Assembly: GCA_965230295.1 (NCBI GenBank)
Contig: OZ246001.1
Coordinates: 128,001 to 192,000 of the forward strand
DNA from: Marinicella sp.
GTDB taxonomy: Bacteria > Pseudomonadota > Gammaproteobacteria > Xanthomonadales > Marinicellaceae
DNA length: 64,000 nt
Direction of reading: 5' to 3'
Under the pieces are notes generated by a model. The model was not told the DNA's origin. It ran no database searches and saw only the letters and a program-made list of their open reading frames with translations. A program made the position numbers and the translations under genes. Shown here piece after piece: positions 1 through 9,395 of the stretch. The first letter of the stretch is position 1. Every line of letters starts with the position of its first letter.

Positions 1-1232
1 GCCTTAAGTCCATATTCAGATGGCCATGATTTGGCCACAGGCGTTAAAATATCCAACAATGATTTTGCTTTGTCTTCTGCGGCTTGGTCATCCATGTTGG
101 CTGCAATACGCTGCTGGTCAATCAATTTGGCGCAATACAGTCCCAGTGCCAAACCGCCTTCTGCATATGCCTTTTGTTGCAACAACATCCGTTTCACATC
201 AGGGTGCTCAATGATGGGAACCATAGCGCTTTGGGGGTTGTTGTCATCCAATGGGCGACCTTGTTTGCGGTCTTTGGCGTATTCCAAGGCATGCAAATAA
301 CCCGTATATGCCAATGAAGTGGCCCCCATTCCAACACCAATTCTGGCTTCATTCATCATTTGAAACATGTAACTCAAACCTTTGCTTGGCTCGCCCACCA
401 ATAAACCACGGGCACCACCATTTTCACCAAAGTGCAGAACGGTATTGACCGTACCTCGAAAGCCCATTTTGTGATTGATTCCTGCCAAATTGACATCATT
501 CCTGTCACCCAGAGAACCGTCTTCATTAACCCAGAATTTAGGCACGATGAACAATGAAATGCCTTTGGTACCAGCTTCTCCACCAGGGATCTTGGCCAAC
601 ACCATGTGCACAATATTCTCACTCATGTCATGCTCGCCACCTGAGATCCACATTTTGTTACCGGTCACAAGATAACTGCCATCAGCTTGAGGGGCAGCTT
701 TGGTTTTGATGTCGGCCAATGAAGATCCCACTTGGGTCTCAGATAAGCACATGGTGCCAAAAAACCGGCCCTCAACCAACGGCTTCAAATACAATGCCTG
801 TTGTTGATCCGAGCCATAGGCACACAACAGGTTGGCCACCCCTGTGGATAACAAGGCATAAGCCGAAGTCGATACATTGGCCGCACCAAAAATAAAAGCC
901 ATGGCCTGACAAACCACATAAGGTACCTGCATACCACCATATTGACTGTCAAAGGAAGCGGCACTCAAACCAGAGTCGATGAAGGCATCCAAAGCCTGCT
1001 TCACTTCAGGAATGATCTTGACCCGTCCATCCACAAACTCAGGTTCATGTTCATCAACCACAGCAGCATGTGGCTGAAACATTTCTTCAGCCAGCTTTTC
1101 GACCAGATCAATCAGTTGGTCAAAGATGTCTTTAGAGTGTTCTTGATAGCGTTCATACTGGCATAATTTTTCTGCATGAAGCACTTCATAAAGCTGGAAT
1201 GACAGGTCTTTGCGGCTGAAAATATTGGGCAT
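1..1232 (-). CDS. Acyl-CoA dehydrogenase (3' end runs off the window)
   Basis: Not in the ORF track. Translated by hand from ATG at 1232: MPNIFSRKDLSFQLYEVL...GRFFGTMCLSETQVGSSLADIKTKA...VTGNKMWISGGEHDMSENIVHMVLAK...GTKGISLFIVPK, which are typical ACAD motifs. Confidence 0.9.
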   Translation of the reverse strand, partial: MPNIFSRKDLSFQLYEVLHAEKLCQYERYQEHSKDIFDQLIDLVEKLAEEMFQPHAAVVDEHEPEFVDGRVKIIPEVKQALDAFIDSGLSAASFDSQYGGMQVPYVVCQAMAFIFGAANVSTSAYALLSTGVANLLCAYGSDQQQALYLKPLVEGRFFGTMCLSETQVGSSLADIKTKAAPQADGSYLVTGNKMWISGGEHDMSENIVHMVLAKIPGGEAGTKGISLFIVPKFWVNEDGSLGDRNDVNLAGINHKMGFRGTVNTVLHFGENGGARGLLVGEPSKGLSYMFQMMNEARIGVGMGATSLAYTGYLHALEYAKDRKQGRPLDDNNPQSAMVPIIEHPDVKRMLLQQKAYAEGGLALGLYCAKLIDQQRIAANMDDQAAEDKAKSLLDILTPVAKSWPSEYGLK

Positions 1233-1414
1233 GTGATTGATCGCTGGTTAAATGCAATCATTGTAAAAGATTTATGATCTTCACAGCAGACAAAATCAAT
1301 TATTTATTGGGTTGAATCAAGGGCACTTCACTCCTGGCTTCAACATGTCAGCCATTCTTGTTGGCCAGTTTCGTTGGGTGCTTTTACCAAGCGATCTTGA
1401 GTCAGTGGGATTCC

Positions 1415-3286
1415 TTACCAGCCACCACCACCTCCACCGCCTCCGCCACCTCCAGAAAATCCACCGCCTGATGAAAAGCCGCCATCTGATGAGGATGGTG
1501 CAACTGAAGCCGATGAAATGGTGGTCGACATGTCGCTTGACAGGTCACTGAACCCACTGGACATACTGGATATGCTGAAATGACTGTCAGAATACCACCC
1601 AGGACTGTAATCATAACTGGATGGTTCAGTGCCGGATAAACTCAAATGTCTGGCAAAGCGGTCTGACCATTGATTTTCAACACCCAATGCAATGGCAAAT
1701 GGCAGGTATTTTTCAAACAATTCAGAACTCATTTCAGGTGGGTGCATCACGTCTAGCCGATGTTGTTCTGCAGTGGACAGGTACAATTTAAAGCCTTCAA
1801 TGTCATCCATCATGGCTCGACCAAATGGTGTAGGTGCCTTCAATAAGTAAATAAAGAGCCCATTGATCAACAATAAAAAACCTCCCATCATGATCACTTC
1901 GATGGGAAGTGACCTACCCATGCTGTTGAATAAGGTGAAAGAAAAAAATATCACAAACAGTAAATGGCCTATATCCAATGACCCGGAAAATGATTTGTGA
2001 ATGGTAAACACCGCATAACCACCCACGACAAACAACACCCCATAACCGATGAACTGCTCTCCGTTGAATACATTCATATGGATCATCAAGAACATCAAAG
2101 TCAAGACACTGATGCCAATACCAAAATAACCCAACATGCGATTGTCTTTAAAGCATTTGTCTTTGTACTCACTTTTGAGTTTGGCACTGACTTTATTCAT
2201 GGCAGTTTCAATCCTGGAGTCATATTCTTTATCAATGAAGAAACTGTCGCGATGGCGCAGTAAATTTCGCATGATGATTTTTTCACCTGATGACATGACA
2301 GGCCTGGATTGACTGGCCTGTTCCACCTTGGTGATTTGATAACCAGTGCGGTACTTTTTTAAGGTGATGTACCCTTTGACAGCCAGTGAAATTAGAGCTG
2401 CGGTAAAATTTTTATGATTGGTTTTTTCATCCAATATATAACGCATGGCCGCAGGCGACAGGTCTTTGGGCGGATAAAACAAAGGTATGATAACTCCAGC
2501 TTCCGGGTCTCGTCCCACCTGATTCCAGGCCAGAATATAAAACATCACCAGACTCAATAACGCCACAACCATCAACACCCACATCAAGTTATCTCTGAAG
2601 AAATCAATCAACCCATTCTGATTGTCTTGAATGAAACCTTTGGGAATTTCTAAACTGAATGTTAAACCTTGATAGGGCTTCAACTCAGAGGTGCTGCGAA
2701 TGGTGATTTCATTGTCATTGATTTCACTGGTGAAATCTGCACCGGTTTGACCAGCAAACCCTGTCCAGGCTCCGCTGTTAACCATGGCCATGGAAACCCC
2801 ATCCGGCAACCGCACGACTGCAGTTACCTGATTCATGCTGAGTCGCCAGCCATTACCGGTGACATTCCAATAAAAGCGATCATGTTCATCCAGAAACGCA
2901 ATTTGTCTGTTGGTCCGATAGTTTATGGTGTAGGTTTGTTCTCCTCTCGGCACATATGAACTTTTGTTACCGATGTAAACCCTGATTCCATTCTTCATTT
3001 TATTGGTGTGAAAGACTTCCGGGGTACCATTCCTGAGTATTTCCTTGACCTCAAAGTCAACACTGGACTTGGTCATCAGACCCGTTTTATATAATGTTGG
3101 AAAGTCTCGATAGATGCCGCGTTTGATGTTATTGTGCTCTACCTGAACAGTGATGGTTTCTGTAACCAATATTTCACCATCCGCTTGTACAGTGATGTCG
3201 CTGCGAAAGTGTTTGATGTGCTCAACAGCCCCCACAGGCAAGGCCATCAATACCAATGCCCAAAACCCAATAATTTTTTGCCTCAT
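1415..3286 (-). CDS. DUF2207/YciQ-like membrane protein
   Basis: Signal peptide, IKRGIYRDFP and FYWNVTGNGW motifs, several TM helices, FEKYLPFAIALGV and a Gly-rich C-terminus ending GGGW. Lies directly downstream of lemA. Confidence 0.85.
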   Translation of the reverse strand: MRQKIIGFWALVLMALPVGAVEHIKHFRSDITVQADGEILVTETITVQVEHNNIKRGIYRDFPTLYKTGLMTKSSVDFEVKEILRNGTPEVFHTNKMKNGIRVYIGNKSSYVPRGEQTYTINYRTNRQIAFLDEHDRFYWNVTGNGWRLSMNQVTAVVRLPDGVSMAMVNSGAWTGFAGQTGADFTSEINDNEITIRSTSELKPYQGLTFSLEIPKGFIQDNQNGLIDFFRDNLMWVLMVVALLSLVMFYILAWNQVGRDPEAGVIIPLFYPPKDLSPAAMRYILDEKTNHKNFTAALISLAVKGYITLKKYRTGYQITKVEQASQSRPVMSSGEKIIMRNLLRHRDSFFIDKEYDSRIETAMNKVSAKLKSEYKDKCFKDNRMLGYFGIGISVLTLMFLMIHMNVFNGEQFIGYGVLFVVGGYAVFTIHKSFSGSLDIGHLLFVIFFSFTLFNSMGRSLPIEVIMMGGFLLLINGLFIYLLKAPTPFGRAMMDDIEGFKLYLSTAEQHRLDVMHPPEMSSELFEKYLPFAIALGVENQWSDRFARHLSLSGTEPSSYDYSPGWYSDSHFSISSMSSGFSDLSSDMSTTISSASVAPSSSDGGFSSGGGFSGGGGGGGGGGGW

Positions 3287-3290
3287 GCGA

Positions 3291-3869
3291 TCACAGCTTC
3301 ACTTCAGGATTTTCGGCATGTTTTGGATTTTCCAACTCAAAAAACTCGGCTTCTCTGAAGTCATATTTGTTGGCAATCATGTTAGAGGGAAACGATTGTA
3401 CTGCTGTGTTGTACTCACGGACAGCCCCATTGTAATAACGCCTGGCATATTGGATGTCATCTTCAATTTTCTGTAATTGTTGCTGCAGATCAATGAAGTT
3501 CGTGTTGGCTTTCAAATCAGGATAGGCTTCAACTTGTACCATCAGCCCAGACAAGGCATGAGAAAGTTGTCGTTCATCATGACTTTTTTGACCAGGTGTG
3601 GGTTCTGACGCTTGATCTTTACCGCGAGCTGCATTCCTGAGGTTGATCACTTTTTCCAGGGTTTCTTGTTCGTGCTCAGCGTATTTTTTCACCACATTAA
3701 CAATATTTGGAATCAAGTCATAACGGCGCTTTAGCTGCACATCTATGCCACTCCAACCATCCTCAACATGATTTCTTTTTTTAACCAAACGGTTGTAAAG
3801 TGAAACGGCCCAAAACACAATGGCCCCTGCCACCAACAGCAGAAAAAATAAAAAATTTGCTCCTCGCAT
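3291..3869 (-). CDS. lemA: LemA family protein
   Basis: N-terminal TM helix, WSGIDVQLKRRYDLIPN, EAYPDLKAN, ARRYYNGAVREYN. Confidence 0.92.
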   Translation of the reverse strand: MRGANFLFFLLLVAGAIVFWAVSLYNRLVKKRNHVEDGWSGIDVQLKRRYDLIPNIVNVVKKYAEHEQETLEKVINLRNAARGKDQASEPTPGQKSHDERQLSHALSGLMVQVEAYPDLKANTNFIDLQQQLQKIEDDIQYARRYYNGAVREYNTAVQSFPSNMIANKYDFREAEFFELENPKHAENPEVKL

Positions 3870-3992
3870 GACACGCTCCTGTAAGAATATCTATAGATTA
3901 TAGCGTGAAACCAGGATTGTTGAGTAGTGCCAGAAGTGATATGGGATCACATCGAGAATTTTGAGTGATATACTCTCTGCTTTTGGATATCA

Positions 3993-4598
3993 ATGATGAC
4001 TTGGATAAAAACCATAAAATACCAAGAAGCGAATGGCCAACTGTTGAAGCTGTATGATCAGGTCAAAGGGCCAAAGAACAATGTCGACAACATCATGCTG
4101 GCACATTCTTTAAGGCCACATACCATGCAAGGCCACATGACATTGTACAAATACACCTTGCACCACCCTGCCAATCAAATTGATAAATGGTTTTTGGAAT
4201 GCATTGGTGTCTATGTCAGCATACTGAATCAATGTCAATATTGTGTTGACCACCACTTTCAAGGCATGACCCGATTACTGGATGATCAGACGTTGGCCGA
4301 TCAAATCAAAAGTGAACTCTTAACAAGGGAACATAAGTCGCTGAATAAAAAACAGATATTGGCATTAGATTACGCCAAGACATTGACCAAAGATCCAGCA
4401 GGTTTGTCTGCAAATATGATCACTCAATTGCGATCAGCCGGATGGGATGATGGTGAAATCCTGGAGATCAATCAAGTGGCGTCGTATTTCAATTATGCCA
4501 ACCGCACGGTGTTGGGTTTGGGTGTTCACACAGAAGGTGACATCATTGGCTTGTCACCCAACAATTCAGCTGATTTAAATGATTGGAATCACCGGTGA
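3993..4598 (+). CDS. Peroxidase-related AhpD/carboxymuconolactone decarboxylase family protein
   Basis: VSILNQCQYCVDHH (CxxC) and EILEINQVASYFNYANR motifs. Confidence 0.82.
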   Translation: MMTWIKTIKYQEANGQLLKLYDQVKGPKNNVDNIMLAHSLRPHTMQGHMTLYKYTLHHPANQIDKWFLECIGVYVSILNQCQYCVDHHFQGMTRLLDDQTLADQIKSELLTREHKSLNKKQILALDYAKTLTKDPAGLSANMITQLRSAGWDDGEILEINQVASYFNYANRTVLGLGVHTEGDIIGLSPNNSADLNDWNHR

Positions 4599-4617
4599 TG
4601 AGAAGCAATCAGTTGGA

Positions 4618-6072
4618 TTAAACCAAATCGTCAAACATGTCATCATGCACTTCACCATCCCATGGGTGTAGCATCATCAATTCTTTGAGCTTGGCAAATT
4701 GCTCTGGGAACCTGACAATGACGTGGTGTGGTTGTGGTACAGATTTTTTGTCAACAATCAATCCAAATTCGACCTGGCCATTGTAGGACAAAATACTGAT
4801 GCCCATCCCTATGGTGCCGTTTTGCGGTACCCAGAACATGGTTTTATCTACTTTACAACCAGCAATGTATAGAGGCACAGGAGGACCCGGGACATTGGTC
4901 AAAACGGCAGTGGCCTTTTTGGAGAACAGGTTAAGCAACATGTTTTGTGCGGCTTGCGGCGCCAACCCTATCATGCTGAGCAAGCCTAAAGACACCAAAG
5001 CTTGTTTGGATTTCTTTAATTCGTTCATCTCATGGTGGACATATGACAGGCGTTTTAATGGGTTGGATTCAAAAATAGGTAGATTCAAGAACACCAGGCC
5101 AAAATGGTTACCCAATTCTTTGGCATGTTTCAAAGGCCTTAAATTGACCGGTACAGTGGCCCTGATGACTTTACTGTTTGGGTCATCACCACACTCAAGC
5201 ATATATTCACGCAAAGCCCCGGCTAAATTCGAAATCAGTACATCATTCACTGTGGTACCTGTGGCTTTGGCTATGGCTTTGACTTCATCCAACGGAATGG
5301 ATTGGGCCCAGGCCACCCGCTTACGAGTACACAGATCAGATTTATAAACGGTTTCCGGATCATCACTTAAGGTCAAAGCATTGAACAATTCTTCAGCAAT
5401 GTCGACCGAATCCCCCACCCCTTTTTCAATCAAAGAGGGGTCCTGCAAGAGTTTTTTACCCAATTCAGACATGTCACTCATCATTTTCAATGAATGAGCC
5501 CATTGTTTTTTGGCCGGGTTGACTACTTGCTTAAGCAAGCCCAACTTCTGATGCTTTTCTTTGGTACTTTCCTCCACATGAAAGTCCAAACTCTTTTCGC
5601 GGCTGGTGCTGGTCATTGAAAGCAAAACCTGGATCAACGCAATGCCATCGGCATAACAATGGTGAATTCTGGAAACCACCACAGGTCCTTCTTTATAGTT
5701 TTCTACAATGTGAAATGACCACAGGGGTTTGTTTTTATCTAACGGCGTTGAGGCCAGGTTACTGACATAATCCTGGAGCTCTTTGTAATCAGCTTTCCCT
5801 GGTAATGCCACCCGGCGAACATGCGCAGCCATGTCGAAATATTTATCATCTTGCCAATAGGATCCGCTGGCACTTTGGTGAGCCAATTGTCTGAAGCGGC
5901 GGTACTTGAGAAATTTTTTTTCCAATGCTTCGGTGAATTGTTCCAAATCTGGCATGCGATCCAAAAACATCATGCCAGTAATCATCATCAAATTATGCGG
6001 AGACTCCATGCGCAACCAAGCCGTATCTACTTTTCGCATGGGTTCTTTCTTATTGTCAATGTATTGGAACAT
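4618..6072 (-). CDS. Wax ester synthase/diacylglycerol acyltransferase (WS/DGAT)
   Basis: HHCYADG catalytic motif, TVNDV, VPVNLR, TNVPGP. Start is uncertain: the ORF is open from 6126, and ATG 6072 or 6039 is more likely. Confidence 0.9.
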   Translation of the reverse strand: MFQYIDNKKEPMRKVDTAWLRMESPHNLMMITGMMFLDRMPDLEQFTEALEKKFLKYRRFRQLAHQSASGSYWQDDKYFDMAAHVRRVALPGKADYKELQDYVSNLASTPLDKNKPLWSFHIVENYKEGPVVVSRIHHCYADGIALIQVLLSMTSTSREKSLDFHVEESTKEKHQKLGLLKQVVNPAKKQWAHSLKMMSDMSELGKKLLQDPSLIEKGVGDSVDIAEELFNALTLSDDPETVYKSDLCTRKRVAWAQSIPLDEVKAIAKATGTTVNDVLISNLAGALREYMLECGDDPNSKVIRATVPVNLRPLKHAKELGNHFGLVFLNLPIFESNPLKRLSYVHHEMNELKKSKQALVSLGLLSMIGLAPQAAQNMLLNLFSKKATAVLTNVPGPPVPLYIAGCKVDKTMFWVPQNGTIGMGISILSYNGQVEFGLIVDKKSVPQPHHVIVRFPEQFAKLKELMMLHPWDGEVHDDMFDDLV

Positions 6073-6153
6073 AGGTAAAAAATTTTTCGTTTTAATTTGA
6101 GCTGCCTTCATTATAATAGAAAGCATGAATAAATATACAGCCGTCTGCTGCTA

Positions 6154-7335
6154 ATGGAAGAAACCTTCGACATTGAAATACCGAACTTTACTTTGGGCAA
6201 AGAAATTGGTCGCGGCGGCATGGCGCGAGTCTTTATTGGTGAACAACTTGAGCCCAAAAGACCGGTGGCCATAAAAATTGTGACACCTCAAGGCAACGAC
6301 CCGAAAATCCTGGAAGATTTACAGAAAGAAGGTGATACGGTTGCACAATTTTCCCATCCAAACATCGTGACGGTATTCTCATGTGGTGTGATTGAGCAAA
6401 ATTACTACCTGGCCATGGAAATTCTCGGTGGCGGTGACCTCAAGCAAAAAATCGAATCTGGCATCACCGAATTGGAAGCCTTCAACATCATGCTGGATAT
6501 GGCCAAAGCCCTGGAACATGCACACAAAAGGGGTACATTACATCGAGACATCAAACCAGAAAACATTTTATTTCATGAAGATGGTCAGGCTGTTCTGGTT
6601 GACTTTGGTATTGCCAAAGCTCAAAACACCGTCAGTGAATTCACCCGGGTGGGTGCAGTTGTCGGCACCCCGCATTACATGAGTCCAGAGCGTGCTTTGG
6701 GTAAAACCATTGATGAACGTTCTGATATCTATGCCTTGGGCGTGGTTTTGTATGAAATGTTGATTGGCGAGAAAGTTTTTGAAGGCAGTGATACTTTTGC
6801 CATTTCTTATGCCCATGTGCATGAACCCGTTCCTGATTTACCTGAAGCAAAAGCCAAATACCAAACTTTGTTAAATAAGTTATTGGCAAAGAATCCGGAT
6901 GACCGTTTTCAAACCGCCACCCAATTGGTGGCACAACTTAAAAAATACCTGCGTCGACTGAAACCGGTGACAGATACGACCCATTCTTTTGCGCCGTTAC
7001 CGGACATGGCTGCGAAAAAGAAAACCAGTCTGCTGCCTTTCATCATTACCGGGGTGATTGTTGTGGTGGCTGTGTTGGTTGGTATGCAATTCATGAACAA
7101 CAATGGCACCGCGGTTGATGTCAATTTGGCTGAATTAACACCCAGTCAAAAAGTAGAGCTGTCCAACAAACTTGCAGCAGCCAACAGTTTTTTCAATCAG
7201 GAATTGTTTGACAATGCCGAGAACTTATACATTGATATTTTGACCAATTACAACTGTAAAGAAGAGGATGCACGCGGTCGACTTGAAATCATTAATCCCG
7301 GGAAATTACAAGGCATACTTGACGCATGTGATTAA
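6154..7335 (+). CDS. Membrane-anchored Hanks-type Ser/Thr protein kinase
   Basis: GRGGMARV, VAIK, HRDIKPEN, DFG, GTPHYMSPE and DIYALG are all intact. One TM helix (LLPFIITGVIVVVAVLVGM) is followed by a short helical extracytoplasmic tail with 2 Cys. Confidence 0.93.
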   Translation: MEETFDIEIPNFTLGKEIGRGGMARVFIGEQLEPKRPVAIKIVTPQGNDPKILEDLQKEGDTVAQFSHPNIVTVFSCGVIEQNYYLAMEILGGGDLKQKIESGITELEAFNIMLDMAKALEHAHKRGTLHRDIKPENILFHEDGQAVLVDFGIAKAQNTVSEFTRVGAVVGTPHYMSPERALGKTIDERSDIYALGVVLYEMLIGEKVFEGSDTFAISYAHVHEPVPDLPEAKAKYQTLLNKLLAKNPDDRFQTATQLVAQLKKYLRRLKPVTDTTHSFAPLPDMAAKKKTSLLPFIITGVIVVVAVLVGMQFMNNNGTAVDVNLAELTPSQKVELSNKLAAANSFFNQELFDNAENLYIDILTNYNCKEEDARGRLEIINPGKLQGILDACD

Positions 7336-7357
7336 ACAATTCACATCAATTAGATGC

Positions 7358-7387
7358 AAAAAAACCCTGAAATCTCAGGGTTTTTTT
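7358..7387. terminator. Bidirectional intrinsic terminator between the kinase and the caspase genes
   Basis: A7-CCCTGA-AATC-TCAGGG-T7 between convergent genes. Confidence 0.88.
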
Positions 7388-7410
7388 ATGATTAAATTAT
7401 GCGGTTTGTC

Positions 7411-9384
7411 TTATATGTTTTCTGGCAAAAAATAAAACTCACTGCCCTCATGACCGGCGTGCTTCACAGCAGTATATTCCGGGCTTTGTTGGATACCGGA
7501 TAATTTAGATCGCAACCTGACTTGTTGATCCAGGGCTTTGTACAGCCTATATCCTTCCATCACCCCATCATTTTCACGCAATACATCCAATAAAGCAGAA
7601 GCAAAGATTGAATGGCCATCACCACCACTGTCTAACACCGGTTGTAAGCCACCTGAGGTTAACACCGTTCTGGCTTTGACCCTTGAAGTGAACAACAAAT
7701 CATTTTCTTCCACATCTTCAGGAAATGGCCTGATGGAAGAACCTGACATGGTACCTGAGTAACATGAGTCGGCGATCACCATCACATGTTTGGCTTTCAT
7801 ACTGGACATGAATTCACTGATGACATTGTTAGGAATCCAAGTCTTTTTATCATCCAGTTTGGCATCGGTCGGGATCCAATAACCATTTTGACGTTCATCA
7901 ATCAAGCCATGGCCCGCATAATAAACCACCAAATTATCCAGCTTACCCAATTTCTCCTGGTAATCAGCCAAAGCTTGTACAATGGTTAAATGTGAAGCAT
8001 TTTCCAAAACCTGAGTTTTGTATCCATAGTTGTCGCGCAAGACTTTGGCCACTTGTTGTGCATCATTGATAGCAGTGCCCAAATCTTCAAGATCTGCATA
8101 GCTGTTGTTGCCAATGATCAAGGCATGGTAGGTTCCAAGGTCTTGTTGAAAACGCTTGGTAAACAAGTCGGTTAGGTACCTGGGTTTGATTTGTTCCAGA
8201 ATCTGTCTGACCACCACAAATCGTTCAACAGACTTGGATCCATCGTTTTTAACCGCTTCAATGCTGACTGGGGTGTCATCATCTTTCACCAATGGCACAT
8301 CAACACTGAATATGCCGGTATCGGTCAGCTTGTCGGTGATGTTGTTGTTGTTCAAAGTCAAACCGGCCACTTCTTCAGGTGGGTTCACACTGCCCATAAT
8401 TGACATGGAAGTGGCCTCATTATTGGCAATGGGGATACTTCGGATACCACGAGTCAAAAGGATGTCCGGGGTGATCACATTGATACCAAACTGATCGGTA
8501 TTCATGGCGATTTCTTGGCCACTTTCGGCAGCTATTTTCCTCACCAATGTAGACGCCAACTCTTTGCTTTCTTCATTTTGATTGGTTAAATCTTTAACTT
8601 GTTGCTCCAACTTGGCGATTTGACTCTGAACGGCAGGGTCATCTTTCTTGTCCCTGAGCTCAGCCTGCAACCTTTGTAGCTCGGTGTTGGCTGACTTGAT
8701 GTAGTCTTGGGTTTTTTGGTAATTTTCAGAGACATCGGAAAGCTCATTTTTCAAATTTGAAACTTCCCTTTCCAACTGAATTCTTTGGTATTCTTTTTCT
8801 CTTCTGTCACGCAGGTCTTGTTCAGTGACCAATTCTAATTTGGCTTCAGTCACCCCTGCCGCCTGGCGATATAAGTTGATGGCTTTGACCGAATCTTGAG
8901 GAACACCTAAGCCTTTTTCATACAGATTTCCCAAATTTAATTGGGCAGAAGAAAAGCCCTGGTCGGCGGCTTTTTGATACCAGGCTGCTGCTGATTCATA
9001 ATCAGGGGTACCATTGATGCCGCGCTCAAACAGTTCACCCATGTAGTTTTGTGCAGTGGCATCACCACCATCGGCTTGTTGTTTCCACACTTTAGCCACT
9101 GTAGCGAAATTTGATTCATCATATGCCACGTATTCACCACCACGCAAAGCACATTCCTTGGCAGTGAGCTTAGCAGGTTTGCGAGGCGGTACATAGGTGA
9201 AGTTTTGGCCCAACTGTCGGATTTGTGGAGGTAACAAACAATCCACAATGTAAAGCTGATCCGGGGTGATTTGCCCCTCTTTGACCCCTTTTACTTTTTT
9301 CGAACGTTTGGCATTCGCATCGCTGATGATCAGCGAGGTCAGTGCGAAGATAACCAATAGATATTTAAACAAAACGTTTTTCAT
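7411..9384 (-). CDS. Secreted Sel1-repeat, coiled-coil caspase-family (peptidase C14) protein
   Basis: Signal peptide ending ANA, Cys-pair motif DCLLP...ECALRGGEY, Sel1 repeats (AQLNLGNLYEKGLGVPQDSVKAINLYRQAA) and a heptad coiled coil. C14 domain has HALIIGNN, YYAGHG (catalytic His) and IADSCYSG (catalytic Cys). Confidence 0.9.
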   Translation of the reverse strand: MKNVLFKYLLVIFALTSLIISDANAKRSKKVKGVKEGQITPDQLYIVDCLLPPQIRQLGQNFTYVPPRKPAKLTAKECALRGGEYVAYDESNFATVAKVWKQQADGGDATAQNYMGELFERGINGTPDYESAAAWYQKAADQGFSSAQLNLGNLYEKGLGVPQDSVKAINLYRQAAGVTEAKLELVTEQDLRDRREKEYQRIQLEREVSNLKNELSDVSENYQKTQDYIKSANTELQRLQAELRDKKDDPAVQSQIAKLEQQVKDLTNQNEESKELASTLVRKIAAESGQEIAMNTDQFGINVITPDILLTRGIRSIPIANNEATSMSIMGSVNPPEEVAGLTLNNNNITDKLTDTGIFSVDVPLVKDDDTPVSIEAVKNDGSKSVERFVVVRQILEQIKPRYLTDLFTKRFQQDLGTYHALIIGNNSYADLEDLGTAINDAQQVAKVLRDNYGYKTQVLENASHLTIVQALADYQEKLGKLDNLVVYYAGHGLIDERQNGYWIPTDAKLDDKKTWIPNNVISEFMSSMKAKHVMVIADSCYSGTMSGSSIRPFPEDVEENDLLFTSRVKARTVLTSGGLQPVLDSGGDGHSIFASALLDVLRENDGVMEGYRLYKALDQQVRLRSKLSGIQQSPEYTAVKHAGHEGSEFYFLPENI

Positions 9385-9395
9385 GATTTCACCTG

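Noticed and set aside
1415-1500. CCACC/CCGCC low-complexity run
   Set aside because: It encodes the normal Gly-rich tail of DUF2207 proteins; not a contingency repeat.
3934-3950. CRP-like AGTGA...TCACA between lemA and the peroxidase gene
   Set aside because: The spacer is 7 nt rather than 6, so it is not supportable as a CRP site.
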